Positions 29,798 through 40,690 are shown, counted from the stretch's first letter. The stretch is 64,000 nt of DNA from Bacteroidia bacterium (GCA_021740845.1 JAIOYZ010000005.1:3693-67692); one strand, 5' to 3'. Numbers and translations are program-made. Notes: generated by a model not told the origin, from the letters alone.

Positions 29798-29835
29798 ACC
29801 AAGTTTCTACTAAGTTTTATTAAAAAAATTATTAA

Positions 29836-30807
29836 TTAATAATATCCTTCACCTTTTTCTAAATACTCCAAAACATAATCTTTTATCCCATCTTCTAAGG
29901 ATGTAAATGGTTTTGTATATCCAATGGCTATTAACTTATCCATTTTTGCCTCAGTAAAATACTGATAGGTATCTCTAATATCTTCTGGAATAGGAATGTA
30001 TTGAATTTTTGGTGCTAAACTTAAAGCATTAAACAAGCCATATGCCAAAGAATTCCAAGTTCTTGCCTGGCCAGAACCAAGGTTATACAAACCACTTGAT
30101 TTGCGGTGATGCATTAAAAACAGGCAAACATCGCAGAGGTCTTTTACATAAATAAAATCGCGCTTTTGCTCCCCATATTTATAATCTGCTCTATGTGATT
30201 GAAACAATTTTACTTCACCCGTTTCCTTTATTTGATGATAGGCATGTAAAACCACACTGGCCATTCTTCCTTTGTGGTATTCATTAGGGCCATACACGTT
30301 AAAAAACTTCAATCCTGCCCAAAAATAAGGTTGTTCGGGTTGATCCAAAACCCATTTATCAAAGTCGTTTTTTGAGCGGCCATAGGGATTCATAGGCTTT
30401 AAATTTTGCAAATCAGTTTGTTGGTCGGAATAACCAAGCTCGCCCTCTCCATATGTTGCAGCGCTAGATGCATAAACCAATGGAATACCTTCTTTAACGC
30501 AAATATTAAATAATGATTTACTAAAATCTAGATTCAATTCTTTGAAAATTTGCTCGTCTTTTTCAGTGGTATCGGTTCTAGCTCCAATATGAAATACAAA
30601 TTGAACCTCATGGGCATTGGTTTCCATCCATTGAAAAAAGGCTTTACGCTCAACTTTCTGATTGAATTTCTTACCCAATAAATTTGTTTGCCTTCCATCA
30701 ATATGGCCAAAATCATCCACTAAAACCAAATCTGTATAAGAGGCATTATTTAGGTGTGCAACCAAACAACTTCCAATAAAACCTTCTGCTCCCGTAATAA
30801 CTATCAT
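29836..30807 (-). CDS. hldD: ADP-L-glycero-D-manno-heptose 6-epimerase-like NAD-dependent epimerase
   Basis: GAEGFIGS Rossmann motif, YASSAATYG, FNVYGPNEYHKGRMASV, YIPIP. Colinear with HldD. Confidence 0.7.
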   Translation of the reverse strand: MIVITGAEGFIGSCLVAHLNNASYTDLVLVDDFGHIDGRQTNLLGKKFNQKVERKAFFQWMETNAHEVQFVFHIGARTDTTEKDEQIFKELNLDFSKSLFNICVKEGIPLVYASSAATYGEGELGYSDQQTDLQNLKPMNPYGRSKNDFDKWVLDQPEQPYFWAGLKFFNVYGPNEYHKGRMASVVLHAYHQIKETGEVKLFQSHRADYKYGEQKRDFIYVKDLCDVCLFLMHHRKSSGLYNLGSGQARTWNSLAYGLFNALSLAPKIQYIPIPEDIRDTYQYFTEAKMDKLIAIGYTKPFTSLEDGIKDYVLEYLEKGEGYY

Positions 30808-30954
30808 AAATTAGTCAATAATCAACGAAAGTACAAAGTTTTTGCGGCCTTCCCAAGAAGAGAAAAGGTCCTTTGGTTCAAACCGAAATTTTAGAAGAAA
30901 AATTAAAATATAAGGAAACGGGATTTGTTAGAATAAACCAATCCAATTAGGAAT

Positions 30955-31380
30955 TTATTCCCCGAAATATTCTACGAAATTATTTTCTGTTTCAATTAAT
31001 TTAATGGAATGTAATTTTCCATTTTCTATCTGAGGAGCCATAATATCCCAAACTGCAACTACAATATTCTCAATGGATGGCATAAATCCTTTTAAGAAAT
31101 CTACATCTTCATTAAGGTTTTTATGGTCCAATTTTTCTGTTACAGATTCTTTGATAATTTTCTTAAGCTTCTTTAAATCCATCACCATTCCAGTTTCTGG
31201 ATTGGCAATACCTTTTATGGTAACAAATAATTCAAAATTGTGACCATGGTAGTATTTATTGGAGCATTTCCCAAAAAAATCCTCGTTTTCTTGTTCGGTC
31301 CAATTTGGATTATACAATTTATGAGCAGCGTTAAAACGCTCTCTTCTGGTAATATAAACTATTTTCTGTCTGTCTGCCAT
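30955..31380 (-). CDS. queD: 6-carboxy-tetrahydropterin synthase / PTPS family
   Basis: CxxxHGH-type motif YHGHNFEL. Length is 141 aa. Confidence 0.65.
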   Translation of the reverse strand: MADRQKIVYITRRERFNAAHKLYNPNWTEQENEDFFGKCSNKYYHGHNFELFVTIKGIANPETGMVMDLKKLKKIIKESVTEKLDHKNLNEDVDFLKGFMPSIENIVVAVWDIMAPQIENGKLHSIKLIETENNFVEYFGE

Positions 31381-31455
31381 CTAGGTAAAAAAATCGCCCG
31401 CAAATATAATTAAGTTTCGTTTTTTTTTAGAATTAGTTTGCCTTGAACCAAAATC

Positions 31456-32349
31456 CTATTGCCAAATGTCTGGATGTTCTAATAAATTGGGCGAATAACA
31501 GATTTCCTCCAAGGCAGGCAAACGGTCGATAATATGAAGGGATTTCAAATCATTTAAAATGGAAACCATCTGAATTTCATCAATTTCTTCAGCATAATTG
31601 TATTCCAATTCGCTAAACCATTGTTTGGCATCGGCCAATTTCAATTGGTAACGCCATGCTACCATTTGTGTGGCTTCTTCTTCTTTAAACTTCAAAGAGT
31701 AACAAGATTTGTTTACCACTTCAATAACCTTTTTCAATAAATCAGGATCGCTTTCTATCAATTGGTTGTGAGCAACTACAGCAAAACATGGCCATGGAGT
31801 TGTGCATTCTCCTAACAACCTAAATTCACCACTATCAACCAAAGGCTTAGTCATGTATTTTTCCCACATAAAAACTTGGGCTTCATCTGCTGCCAATGCC
31901 TTTCTTGCTCCTTCCATATTTCCAACCAAAACAAAGTCGGTTTCTGGGTTTATGGTTTGATCCAAATTTCTTGCATTTACAAACGACATCAAATGCGAAC
32001 CAGACTTATATCGGCTTATGGCATATTTCTTTCCTTCGATTTGGCTCAAAGAATGAATATCATTTTTGGTACTTGTATAAATTCCCCACATCAAAGGTGA
32101 ATTCACGTAAAACTGAACAATTTTTGAAGGATTTCCCACCATGATATCTGCTATAATACCTTCTGTTAAGGTAATGGCAATATCAAGTTCGTGGTTGCGA
32201 AGAGCATTGCACATAGCACCTGTGCCGCCAGGAACATCTTGCCATTCAATCTCTATTCCTTCTTCACTAAAATGGCCATTTTCGTTGGCTAGGTGCCAAG
32301 CCAAATTAAAATGCTCGGGCACGCCACCAACACGTACCACTTTTTTCAT
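31456..32349 (-). CDS. NMT1/THI5-like (SsuA-like) substrate-binding fold protein
   Basis: Periplasmic-binding-protein-like pattern. Start taken at the internal MKKVVRVGG. Low specificity. Confidence 0.4.
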   Translation of the reverse strand: MKKVVRVGGVPEHFNLAWHLANENGHFSEEGIEIEWQDVPGGTGAMCNALRNHELDIAITLTEGIIADIMVGNPSKIVQFYVNSPLMWGIYTSTKNDIHSLSQIEGKKYAISRYKSGSHLMSFVNARNLDQTINPETDFVLVGNMEGARKALAADEAQVFMWEKYMTKPLVDSGEFRLLGECTTPWPCFAVVAHNQLIESDPDLLKKVIEVVNKSCYSLKFKEEEATQMVAWRYQLKLADAKQWFSELEYNYAEEIDEIQMVSILNDLKSLHIIDRLPALEEICYSPNLLEHPDIWQ

Positions 32350-32431
32350 GCTTTTTTTCTCTAATAAATCCATATGTGTAAACAACAATACTAGATAAAG
32401 AAAGATTCAATTACCTAGAAGTATTTTGAAA

Positions 32432-33418
32432 TTAAGATTCAGAATCCTTTCTATCTTCTAGGAAGATAATTCTGTTTTCATTGCTTCTTCTGTTTCTGTT
32501 TTTGGATTCTTGTCTTAATGCCAAATCCAAAGCCACGTTTAAATCATAACCCAGTAATAAAATAAAGGTATTGATATATATCAACATCATGATAACTATT
32601 AAAACCCCAATGGAACCATAAACCTTGTTATAAGAATTGAAATGGTTAACATATTGAGAAAAACCATAAGTGGTAATTAATATAACAGAACTGGCAAATA
32701 TGGCACCCGAATTAAAAAATTTCCAATGTCTTTTGTGGGCAGGAGCAATAAAGTAAATTGCACCAACTATTCCCATAACAATTAGACCTACAATTAGCAA
32801 ATTGAAAAATGAAATTAAGGAAGGAATGGTAGACGTTGGAAAATACTTTACTTTCTCCAAATAAGAAATCAGGAGAGTACCAGTTGTTACCATTACAACT
32901 GAAAACAGGATAAGAATAGTAATGAAAAAAGAAAGGCCAATAGCCACCAAACGTTGTTTCCAAAAAGGTCTACTTTCCTCAAAATGACTGTATTTATTCA
33001 ATAAAATCATGAGGTTATGAAAACCATTGGTAGAAAAATACATCGCCGAAATAAAACCTACACTCAACAAATCTCCACGCTGATTTTTCAAAATATCTAA
33101 TAATGTTTCCTTTATCGTTTCATAGGCATTTGCTGGAATAGAGTCTGCCACAAAAAATAAAATCTCATCTGGCGTATACTTTAAAGGAAGGTAGGCAATT
33201 AATGTAAAGAAAAAGATTACCGTTGGAAACATAGCTAAGAAGAAAGTAAAGGCCAAGGAAGATGCCCTTAGGTTCAATTCGCTTTTACCAATATTTCTAA
33301 TAAAAAACTCCATTACCGCGTAAACAGACACTTCCTTATTTCCAGGCATACCAATAGAAGCGGTCTTTTTATAAAGCCATTTAAACGGTTTAGTGAAAAA
33401 TAGTTTCTGACGTTTCAT
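32432..33418 (-). CDS. YihY/BrkB family membrane protein
   Basis: Six-TM profile with YihY-like conserved regions. Confidence 0.7.
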   Translation of the reverse strand: MKRQKLFFTKPFKWLYKKTASIGMPGNKEVSVYAVMEFFIRNIGKSELNLRASSLAFTFFLAMFPTVIFFFTLIAYLPLKYTPDEILFFVADSIPANAYETIKETLLDILKNQRGDLLSVGFISAMYFSTNGFHNLMILLNKYSHFEESRPFWKQRLVAIGLSFFITILILFSVVMVTTGTLLISYLEKVKYFPTSTIPSLISFFNLLIVGLIVMGIVGAIYFIAPAHKRHWKFFNSGAIFASSVILITTYGFSQYVNHFNSYNKVYGSIGVLIVIMMLIYINTFILLLGYDLNVALDLALRQESKNRNRRSNENRIIFLEDRKDSES

Positions 33419-33439
33419 GAGTCAATACGAATATAATTA

Positions 33440-33853
33440 TCAGCTTGGGTCAAAAAAGCTTTTTAAATTATCTAACAATATTTGCGGAGAACCACAAGGC
33501 CTATTGGTTTGCATATTTATACAAACCAAAGTGGTTTCTCCTTGGTTTAATAAAATGCCCTCTGCGTTGTAAATATCATAAAAAAAATGAATTCTCACAC
33601 CAGGTAATTCTTTTATGCTCGTTGTAATCGTTAGTAAATCGTCGTATTTAGCAGGTTTAAGGTATTTGCTATTAAGAGAGATTACAGGCATCATTATGCC
33701 CATATCTTCAAACATTTTATAACTCAAACCCATGCTACGCAAGCATTCTACACGAGCAACTTCATAGTACTGAGCGTAATTGCCATAATAAACATAACCC
33801 ATCTGGTCGGTTTCGGCGTATCTAACTCTTAAGGTATTGCTATAAGAGTACAT
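33440..33853 (-). CDS. acyl-CoA thioesterase (4HBT / YbgC-like)
   Basis: YAETDQMGYVYYGNY hot-dog fold signature. Confidence 0.7.
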   Translation of the reverse strand: MYSYSNTLRVRYAETDQMGYVYYGNYAQYYEVARVECLRSMGLSYKMFEDMGIMMPVISLNSKYLKPAKYDDLLTITTSIKELPGVRIHFFYDIYNAEGILLNQGETTLVCINMQTNRPCGSPQILLDNLKSFFDPS

Positions 33854-33854
33854 A

Positions 33855-35045
33855 TTATTTTAAAGCCATTAAAGCAATGGTATTTCCAATACTTAAACTA
33901 GAAGTTGCAGCTGGCGAAGGTGCATTTAAAATATGAATGGCATGCTTTTCTTCAATAATTTTAAAATCATCTATTAAGCCGCCAAACTTATCACATGCCT
34001 GCGCTCTAACTCCTGCTTCTGCAGGAATAAGATCGTCTTCTTGCACTTCTGGAATCAGTTTTTGCAAGGCTTTGGTAAAAGCACCTTTAGAAAAAGAACG
34101 GTGAAATTCTCCCAAGCCTGTTTTCCAATATTTCCCCATTACTTTTCTAAATCCTGGCCAAGCTAAGGATTCAAACATTTCTTCTAGGTTCACATCAGAC
34201 ATTTGGTAACCTTCTCTTTTAAATGCAAAAACAGCATTCGGACCAGCCTCTACTCCACCATCAATCATGCGGGTAAAGTGAACCCCTAAGAACGGGAAAT
34301 TAGGATCAGGAACAGGATAAATTAAATTCTTTACCAAAGACCTTTTCTCAGGCTTTAGCATATAATACTCGCCCCTAAATGGAATTATTCTGGTATCTAT
34401 ATTCTTTTGGGTTAAAGCGGCTACCTTATCGCTATACAAACCAGCACAATTGATATATCTATCCGTTACAAAAGTTTTTTGAGCTGTTTCTATATATGCG
34501 TTTGGTTCAAACAGATTTATTTTTTCTACTTTATGGTTCAAGTATATTTCACCGCCCATTTCCTTAACCAATTCTGCTAGCTTTTCGCAAACCACAGAAT
34601 AATCAATAATTCCAGTATAAGGAACTTTCATGCCTTCTACCACCTTCAAATGAGGTTCTATTTCATTGGCTTCCTTTTGAGTTATCCTCGTAATTTGGGT
34701 CAAACCATTTTCCAAACCTCGTTGGTAAAGCTTTTCTAATTCAGGAATTTCTTCCTTAGAAGTTGCCACTACCAATTTACCGCATAACTCGTACGGAATT
34801 TCATATTCATTGCAAAAATCTAAGAGCATTTGGTAGCCATCAATGCAATTTTTGGCTTTTAAACTTCCCGGTTTATAATACAAACCACTATGAATAACAC
34901 CGCTATTATGACCAGTTTGGTGGGCAGCAACGTGGTCTTCTTTTTCAATAACTGCCAACTTTAAGCCTGGCTGTTTCTTTAGCATTTGATAGGCTGTGGC
35001 CAAACCTACAATGCCACCACCAATGATACAATATTGATATTTCAT
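33855..35045 (-). CDS. lhgO: L-2-hydroxyglutarate oxidase / FAD-dependent oxidoreductase
   Basis: FAD-binding IIGGGIVGLATAY. Start taken at MKYQYCIIGGG. Confidence 0.75.
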   Translation of the reverse strand: MKYQYCIIGGGIVGLATAYQMLKKQPGLKLAVIEKEDHVAAHQTGHNSGVIHSGLYYKPGSLKAKNCIDGYQMLLDFCNEYEIPYELCGKLVVATSKEEIPELEKLYQRGLENGLTQITRITQKEANEIEPHLKVVEGMKVPYTGIIDYSVVCEKLAELVKEMGGEIYLNHKVEKINLFEPNAYIETAQKTFVTDRYINCAGLYSDKVAALTQKNIDTRIIPFRGEYYMLKPEKRSLVKNLIYPVPDPNFPFLGVHFTRMIDGGVEAGPNAVFAFKREGYQMSDVNLEEMFESLAWPGFRKVMGKYWKTGLGEFHRSFSKGAFTKALQKLIPEVQEDDLIPAEAGVRAQACDKFGGLIDDFKIIEEKHAIHILNAPSPAATSSLSIGNTIALMALK

Positions 35046-35227
35046 GAATTGAATTTTCGGGGGCGAAGATAAGGTAAAATCTAATATGACAAGGGAATTC
35101 CAACACAAAGTGCACCCTCAATTTCAGTCACTATATAAGTAAATATTTGTACAAAAAAATTAGTTTAATAAAAGTTTTAGTAGGTTCGGTTTGAACCAAA
35201 AGTATTTACTAGGCCCAATTGAAACTT

Positions 35228-36058
35228 TTACGGTTTAAATATTTTTTTATAAATGTAGGAATGCTCTGTATAAATAGTTGTAAAATAAACTCCACTTGTC
35301 AATTCATCTATTTGTATTTCAGCTGTGTTTTCTAAAGATAGATTTGATTTTTTGAAAACAATTTTGCTTGTTATATCCATAATTTCAATTTGTGCATTGG
35401 ATATTGGATTTGGAGTGGATATGACCAAGTTATTTTCATTCATGTGAATGGAAACATTGGTTTCATCTGCTTGATCAAAAACTCCCGTTTCTAAGGAATC
35501 AAAGATTAAAATTCTAAAACAAAAGAAAAACTTTCTAGGGGTCTCATAAAAATTATAACTTGGGAATTTCTGTTTTGGTAATTTATTAAAAAATAAAAAT
35601 GAAACACTATTATAATCCCATGAACCAATAGAAGACCCTTTAGGACCTTGTCCTGAAATCGAGGTTTGGTAAGGTGAGATATATAATTGCAAGGTATTGG
35701 TATCGTAAAATATTGTTTTAGGTAATCTGTCAATATATGACCAAAATGCAGTCAAGCCTGGCTTGTCCGGAAATTTTCTAATATCCTTTTTAAGTTTTTT
35801 ATTTTGAAATTCTGTATAGAAAATTGAATCAACAAAAAAAGCATGAAACTCATCGCTTGAATCAACGTATTCGTCAAGCCCAAGCTGAAAACCAGCATCC
35901 CCATCTTTATCTAATCCAATCGTTAATGTGTCATAAATAAGTACCTGGGACGTGTCATCTCGCCAAAATTCTATAACAAATTGAGTTTCCCATTTTTGTT
36001 GAGATTTAGCAATCAATGAAATGAATCCTAAAATGAAAATTAAAAATGTTTTTCTCAT
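35228..36058 (-). CDS. T9SS C-terminal sorting domain (type A) secreted protein
   Basis: Signal peptide. C-terminal ~80 aa with LTSGVYF...KKIFKP, typical of Por_Secre_tail. AT-rich. Confidence 0.55.
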   Translation of the reverse strand: MRKTFLIFILGFISLIAKSQQKWETQFVIEFWRDDTSQVLIYDTLTIGLDKDGDAGFQLGLDEYVDSSDEFHAFFVDSIFYTEFQNKKLKKDIRKFPDKPGLTAFWSYIDRLPKTIFYDTNTLQLYISPYQTSISGQGPKGSSIGSWDYNSVSFLFFNKLPKQKFPSYNFYETPRKFFFCFRILIFDSLETGVFDQADETNVSIHMNENNLVISTPNPISNAQIEIMDITSKIVFKKSNLSLENTAEIQIDELTSGVYFTTIYTEHSYIYKKIFKP

Positions 36059-36216
36059 TGTTTATTCTAGCAACTCAAAGTTAATTGCTTTTAAACACTA
36101 AAAGCAAAAATTAATCTGAGCCATTTTTTTGGGGAAAGGAGGATTATTGAAAGGACTAAGTTCAACTCAAAAAAGCAGAAGTTAATCCTATTTTGAAAAA
36201 ATCCATATCACACAAA

Positions 36217-36867
36217 TTAATTTCCATCAATGTCTAAATTCAATATTTGCAAACCTATGCAAGGTTGAAAATTATATTCAATCAATTTGGCTCTATAATT
36301 TAGGTGATAATAAAATCCCAAGGGGATAATGAATTTGTTGTTTTCCCAAGCAAGATTTAAATGACCATCAATTGTATCAATAATTTGCCCATCGGGAAAT
36401 GGACCATTAATCTTAAGGTCTAAAGCCTCTATCATTAAATTGTCTTGGGCGGTGAAAACTTTGTTTGTCTTGATTTTTACAATTATTTGAGCATTTTTCT
36501 GAAATAGATTAATTGAACCCAAATTTGAATTTATATAATTCGGAAGATAAACTGAAATATCACCTGTATCTGAATTTAATATTAAGTAATCACTATAATG
36601 GGCTTTATATTCAAAGGTAAATTTGCCATTTTCATCTGTAGTTATTTCTGTAATGCTTTCTTGACCTGGATCTTCAGCTTCTACACTGTATTCATTGGTA
36701 ACAGAGAGCTTGCCATTTTTATAGGGAATGGTATTAGCACAATCACTGAAAATTGTACCTTCTAATTTATAGTTTTTCCCTTCATGGTCATTTTTGTCTT
36801 TGCTACAGGCGATAATGATCAATAGAATAGATATCAGCATTACAATTTTGGTAGGATAGATAGTCAT
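36217..36867 (-). CDS. hypothetical lipoprotein
   Basis: Lipobox IIACS. Confidence 0.4.
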   Translation of the reverse strand: MTIYPTKIVMLISILLIIIACSKDKNDHEGKNYKLEGTIFSDCANTIPYKNGKLSVTNEYSVEAEDPGQESITEITTDENGKFTFEYKAHYSDYLILNSDTGDISVYLPNYINSNLGSINLFQKNAQIIVKIKTNKVFTAQDNLMIEALDLKINGPFPDGQIIDTIDGHLNLAWENNKFIIPLGFYYHLNYRAKLIEYNFQPCIGLQILNLDIDGN

Positions 36868-37119
36868 AATTTTTACATTTAAACAAACTTACTTAAATCT
36901 TACCACAATTTTGCCTCAGAAATTGTTGGTTTGAACCAATACTTTTAAGCGGAAGGAAAGATCAAAGGTGAAGACTCTCAAGCCCTTTTTAGGCTGTCAA
37001 AATTATTCGCTTAAAAAAATCCACCCACAGGTTTTGTAAATGATCCGTACTTGACCCCTGAACCCGCTGAGCTATAAGTTTGCAATATAAAATATTCTCC
37101 CTCTATAGTAAAAGAAAAA

Positions 37120-37142
37120 GCCCGAAAATTTCGGGCTTTTTT
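37120..37142 (-). terminator. hairpin terminator after tRNA-Val
   Basis: Hairpin gcccgaaaattttcgggc flanked by T-runs on both strands. Confidence 0.65.
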
Positions 37143-37143
37143 G

Positions 37144-37218
37144 TGGAGGCACATGGATTCGAACCAAGGACCCTCTGCTTGTAAGGCAGATGCTCTGAAC
37201 CAGCTGAGCTATGCCTCC
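37144..37218 (-). tRNA. tRNA-Val (TAC)
   Basis: Reverse complement gives GGAGGCATAGCTCAGCTGGTTCAGAGCATCTGCCTTACAAGCAGAG...GGTTCGAATCC...TGCCTCCA. There is one U-U mismatch in the T-stem. Confidence 0.85.
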
Positions 37219-37335
37219 TTATTTCCTCTCGTAAGGGGAGTGCAAAGATAGGATTGGCAACAATAAATGCAAATGGAATTGAATAAATTTAATGCTAAAG
37301 AATAATATTTACTCATAATCAATATATTAAAATTA

Positions 37336-38157
37336 TCAATACTCATCTAAGTCAGAATCTAGTTCCAACAAACCATTATTTTTATTCTCAGAATCTATCA
37401 AAACTTCAATAGCATTGTCCTTTAAATTTGAATCTTCATTGATTGATAAATTATTTGGAGTTGAAATTTTAATAAGCATACTTTTAAACATTCGCTTTTC
37501 AAACCAATCATCAAAACTATATTCTGTTTGTTGGTCATTTGAAGTATATATTATTTTATTGAAAAGTAAATGTCTTAAATCTTTTCCATCTTTCGAATAA
37601 TATTGAAGATAGCACAAATCATAAAAAACCGCACTCTCACCATTAATAAACTTTTCATATTGTGGCGCAATTGAAAGTATCCTGGCGAAATATTGATTAA
37701 GTCGTTTATCAAACATCCAGGCTTCAACAATTTTATATTTATAAATTCTAACTTTTGGATCAAAACTAAGAATAGAAAATTTTGCTACATTAATAGAATC
37801 ATTTCGACTTGATTCATAAATTGTATCACAACCAATCAATACAAAATCTTCTAGTGAAAAAATCTTACTACGATTTTCATCTACGTAAGGAAGTAAATTA
37901 TAATCGAGTATTTGCTGATAAATAAAATAAGAAAAATTGTTAAGAGGATAATTTAAAACGCTATTCTGTTTTTCTCTCGTATCAAGCATTCTTTCCACCA
38001 ACCTTAAACATATTACGTCTCTGCTATTTAATTCAGGCCATGGCTTTAAAACACGTAATTTTGGTCTATTATTATCCAATTCAAACTTGCTTGAGTCAAT
38101 GGTTTGACCCAAAAGCATAAATGGCAACAATAAAACAAGGGCAAAAATCGATTTCAT
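37336..38157 (-). CDS. GldN paralog (GldO-like), AT-rich
   Basis: Colinear with GldN: PW..L...DV...R...LDTREKQN, QYE.....DLRHLLF, DDWFE.R.F. Ends in the same DEY tail. Confidence 0.6.
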   Translation of the reverse strand: MKSIFALVLLLPFMLLGQTIDSSKFELDNNRPKLRVLKPWPELNSRDVICLRLVERMLDTREKQNSVLNYPLNNFSYFIYQQILDYNLLPYVDENRSKIFSLEDFVLIGCDTIYESSRNDSINVAKFSILSFDPKVRIYKYKIVEAWMFDKRLNQYFARILSIAPQYEKFINGESAVFYDLCYLQYYSKDGKDLRHLLFNKIIYTSNDQQTEYSFDDWFEKRMFKSMLIKISTPNNLSINEDSNLKDNAIEVLIDSENKNNGLLELDSDLDEY

Positions 38158-38269
38158 ACAAACTTGTTAAGAATATAAAATCAACGAAATCTAGAAGAAA
38201 AGAGTACAAAAATAATGCATAAAAAAAGGCCACCAGTAAACTGATGGCCTTTCAAATACCTCTTTAGGA

Positions 38270-39106
38270 TTAATATTCCCAAAGATCGTGTTCTTTTTCG
38301 AACAATTCATTTTTAATACGTTCACCTTCTAATAAAGTTGCAACGCCATTATCTCTAAACTCAGCATAATCCTTGATATACATATCTTGCTGATTAGCTT
38401 CTTTAGTAATATAACTTGTAAATAATCTTTGCTCAAACCAGTCGTCATAAGTTAGTCTTGCAGCATCATTTTGCCTGTTAAAAACTTCATAGTTTACAAG
38501 GAAATGACGTAAGTCTAAACCATCTTTTGAATGGTATTTAAACACACATAAATCTTGTTCACCTAAATCTACACCACCTAAACGTACATTGTATTGAGGT
38601 GAAATAGATACTATTCTAACAAACATCTGTGAATGTTTTTTATCAAAAATCCAATCTTCAACTACACGAAACTTAAAAATTCTCAGTTCCGGTATCATTG
38701 CATTAACAACGGTATCAGTTACTGTAAATGTAGGATCATTAGGATCAATAGGTACATCAAAGTATTCTGTATCGGTTCCCAATGATAGAAACTTTTCAAT
38801 AGACATTTGAGTGTTTAATGAGTCACTTTCATAAGGAACTAATTTACCATCACGCACAGCATTGTACAAAATCACACTTAATGGGTTTTTAGGCCATGTC
38901 ATGGGTTGATTTGCTTTTTCACGCGTATCAATAATTCGCACAACACGTTTTGCGTACATTACATCTGCCTCACGTAAGTATGGCCATGCAATAACTTTAC
39001 GCTCGGTAACTGCCTGACGGTTATAAATGAAATCATCATATACACCTTGGGCAAAATTGCTATACGAAAGCAACAGAAAAACTACAATACCTATTAATTT
39101 TTTCAT
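38270..39106 (-). CDS. gldN: gliding motility / T9SS protein GldN (PorN)
   Basis: Last gene of the gldKLMN block. Conserved DTREKANQ and DWFEQRLF segments. Confidence 0.8.
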   Translation of the reverse strand: MKKLIGIVVFLLLSYSNFAQGVYDDFIYNRQAVTERKVIAWPYLREADVMYAKRVVRIIDTREKANQPMTWPKNPLSVILYNAVRDGKLVPYESDSLNTQMSIEKFLSLGTDTEYFDVPIDPNDPTFTVTDTVVNAMIPELRIFKFRVVEDWIFDKKHSQMFVRIVSISPQYNVRLGGVDLGEQDLCVFKYHSKDGLDLRHFLVNYEVFNRQNDAARLTYDDWFEQRLFTSYITKEANQQDMYIKDYAEFRDNGVATLLEGERIKNELFEKEHDLWEY

Positions 39107-39124
39107 TTCTGATTTGATTCTTTT

Positions 39125-40657
39125 TTATTGTCTAACCTCTAATGCCAAAGAAGCTGGAATTGGCACTGCACCAGCAGGTCCTTTAGCTTTAATGTTCATC
39201 AGGATAAAACGATCTCCAGGACGAGCATTCATCAATGCATTTTTAGCACCAGGAGTTAAATTTTGACCTGAACCATTCTCTACACGAGCAGGACCATTCT
39301 TTGGTTGGTAAACCAAGTTCCAGCTAATTGGTGTAAAAGTAACGCCTTCAAATGCAAAATCTTTTAATACTGTAAGAACAAAGTTTGCTGATTTTAATTG
39401 TCCCATGGATACAGAACCTGATTGTTCTATTGGTCCTAACATTGGAGTTGGTTTTGGTATCTGGCGTACTCTATAAGTTGCAAAACCCATAGTTTTACCA
39501 TCAACAGAAGCCGAAATTTTTACTTCTCTATTTTTACCATCCACTGTTAATACATATTCTCCACCACTACCAACTTTCTTAATACTACCACCTTCGCAAC
39601 GAACATCTACTTTATTAGCAGCAAACCCTGGTACTGAAACTGAAATAGGATTATCTAAACCAATATATACAACATTCATTTTTGTAGCAGAAATTACAGC
39701 TAAAGGTGCAAGTGCAAAGAAAGAACCCTCTTTTTCATAGGTCTCTTTTTTACCACTTGAATTCACAGTAGTTATAACTGCTTTAAACTTATTTTCACCC
39801 TCACGACTGGCAGTAACTTCATACTTACCAATACCACTTTCATTCTTCAATTGAGTACCGTTTACTGAAATACTAGCTTCTGATCTTGATGAAGAGGCTG
39901 CTAAGAAAATTTCAGCTTGATATTTATTACCTAAAGTAATATTGGTACCATTAACTGGAATAATTTGAGGTGTTAATTGGTCAATAATCATAACATTAGC
40001 AGTTAATGAACTTCTCAATTCATCCAAAACTTGTGCTTCAGTGTTTTTGATATCATTTTGAGTTTTAGACATTAAAGCAACCACAGCTGCTAATGGTGTA
40101 TGCTCAAACATTTCAGACTCCCAAGTTTGATTAGATCCTTTTTTAATTTCAGTAATTAAATCACTTTTTATTACATTCCTTTTATCTTGAGGAAGAATTT
40201 CAATCAACTTCTTATTTAGTTCATCAATTTTAGCTTTTACCTCTTTTCCTTTTCCTTGATTAATCATCAAATTGGCATGCAATTCAATGTTACTAGCTTG
40301 GGCAACCTCTTCATCAGGGTTACCATCTTTACGACCACCTGCTTTTTCTATTAACTGATTTTTTAAGTCTGTGAAATACTTCACACCCTCATCAGCAATT
40401 TTCTTTACCTGTAATGATTTATTAAAAACATCAGTACCAGTTGGGTCGGTAGGGATATCTTTATGGTATTGAGCGATAGCCTTTAAGGTATTTTCATTTT
40501 TCTTATCAATGTTCATACCCGCACGGTCCATGCTCACCTCCACCATATGGAAGGACTTTAAGATTTCAGCAGATACATTCAAAGCTAACAATGCTGTTAA
40601 CACTAAATACATCATGTTGATCATCTTCTGCCTTACTGTTACTTTACCTCCAGCCAT
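39125..40657 (-). CDS. gldM: gliding motility / T9SS protein GldM (PorM)
   Basis: N-terminal TM MINMMYLVLTALLALNV followed by a long periplasmic domain. Length is 510 aa. Confidence 0.85.
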   Translation of the reverse strand: MAGGKVTVRQKMINMMYLVLTALLALNVSAEILKSFHMVEVSMDRAGMNIDKKNENTLKAIAQYHKDIPTDPTGTDVFNKSLQVKKIADEGVKYFTDLKNQLIEKAGGRKDGNPDEEVAQASNIELHANLMINQGKGKEVKAKIDELNKKLIEILPQDKRNVIKSDLITEIKKGSNQTWESEMFEHTPLAAVVALMSKTQNDIKNTEAQVLDELRSSLTANVMIIDQLTPQIIPVNGTNITLGNKYQAEIFLAASSSRSEASISVNGTQLKNESGIGKYEVTASREGENKFKAVITTVNSSGKKETYEKEGSFFALAPLAVISATKMNVVYIGLDNPISVSVPGFAANKVDVRCEGGSIKKVGSGGEYVLTVDGKNREVKISASVDGKTMGFATYRVRQIPKPTPMLGPIEQSGSVSMGQLKSANFVLTVLKDFAFEGVTFTPISWNLVYQPKNGPARVENGSGQNLTPGAKNALMNARPGDRFILMNIKAKGPAGAVPIPASLALEVRQ

Positions 40658-40690
40658 TTCTTTTTATATCTATTAAAGTAGTTTGTAAAA

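Noticed and set aside
37053-37078. Second tRNA gene next to tRNA-Val
   Set aside because: Only a D-arm-like fragment is present. No acceptor, anticodon or T-arm can be assembled, so it is treated as a remnant in the tRNA-Val findings entry.
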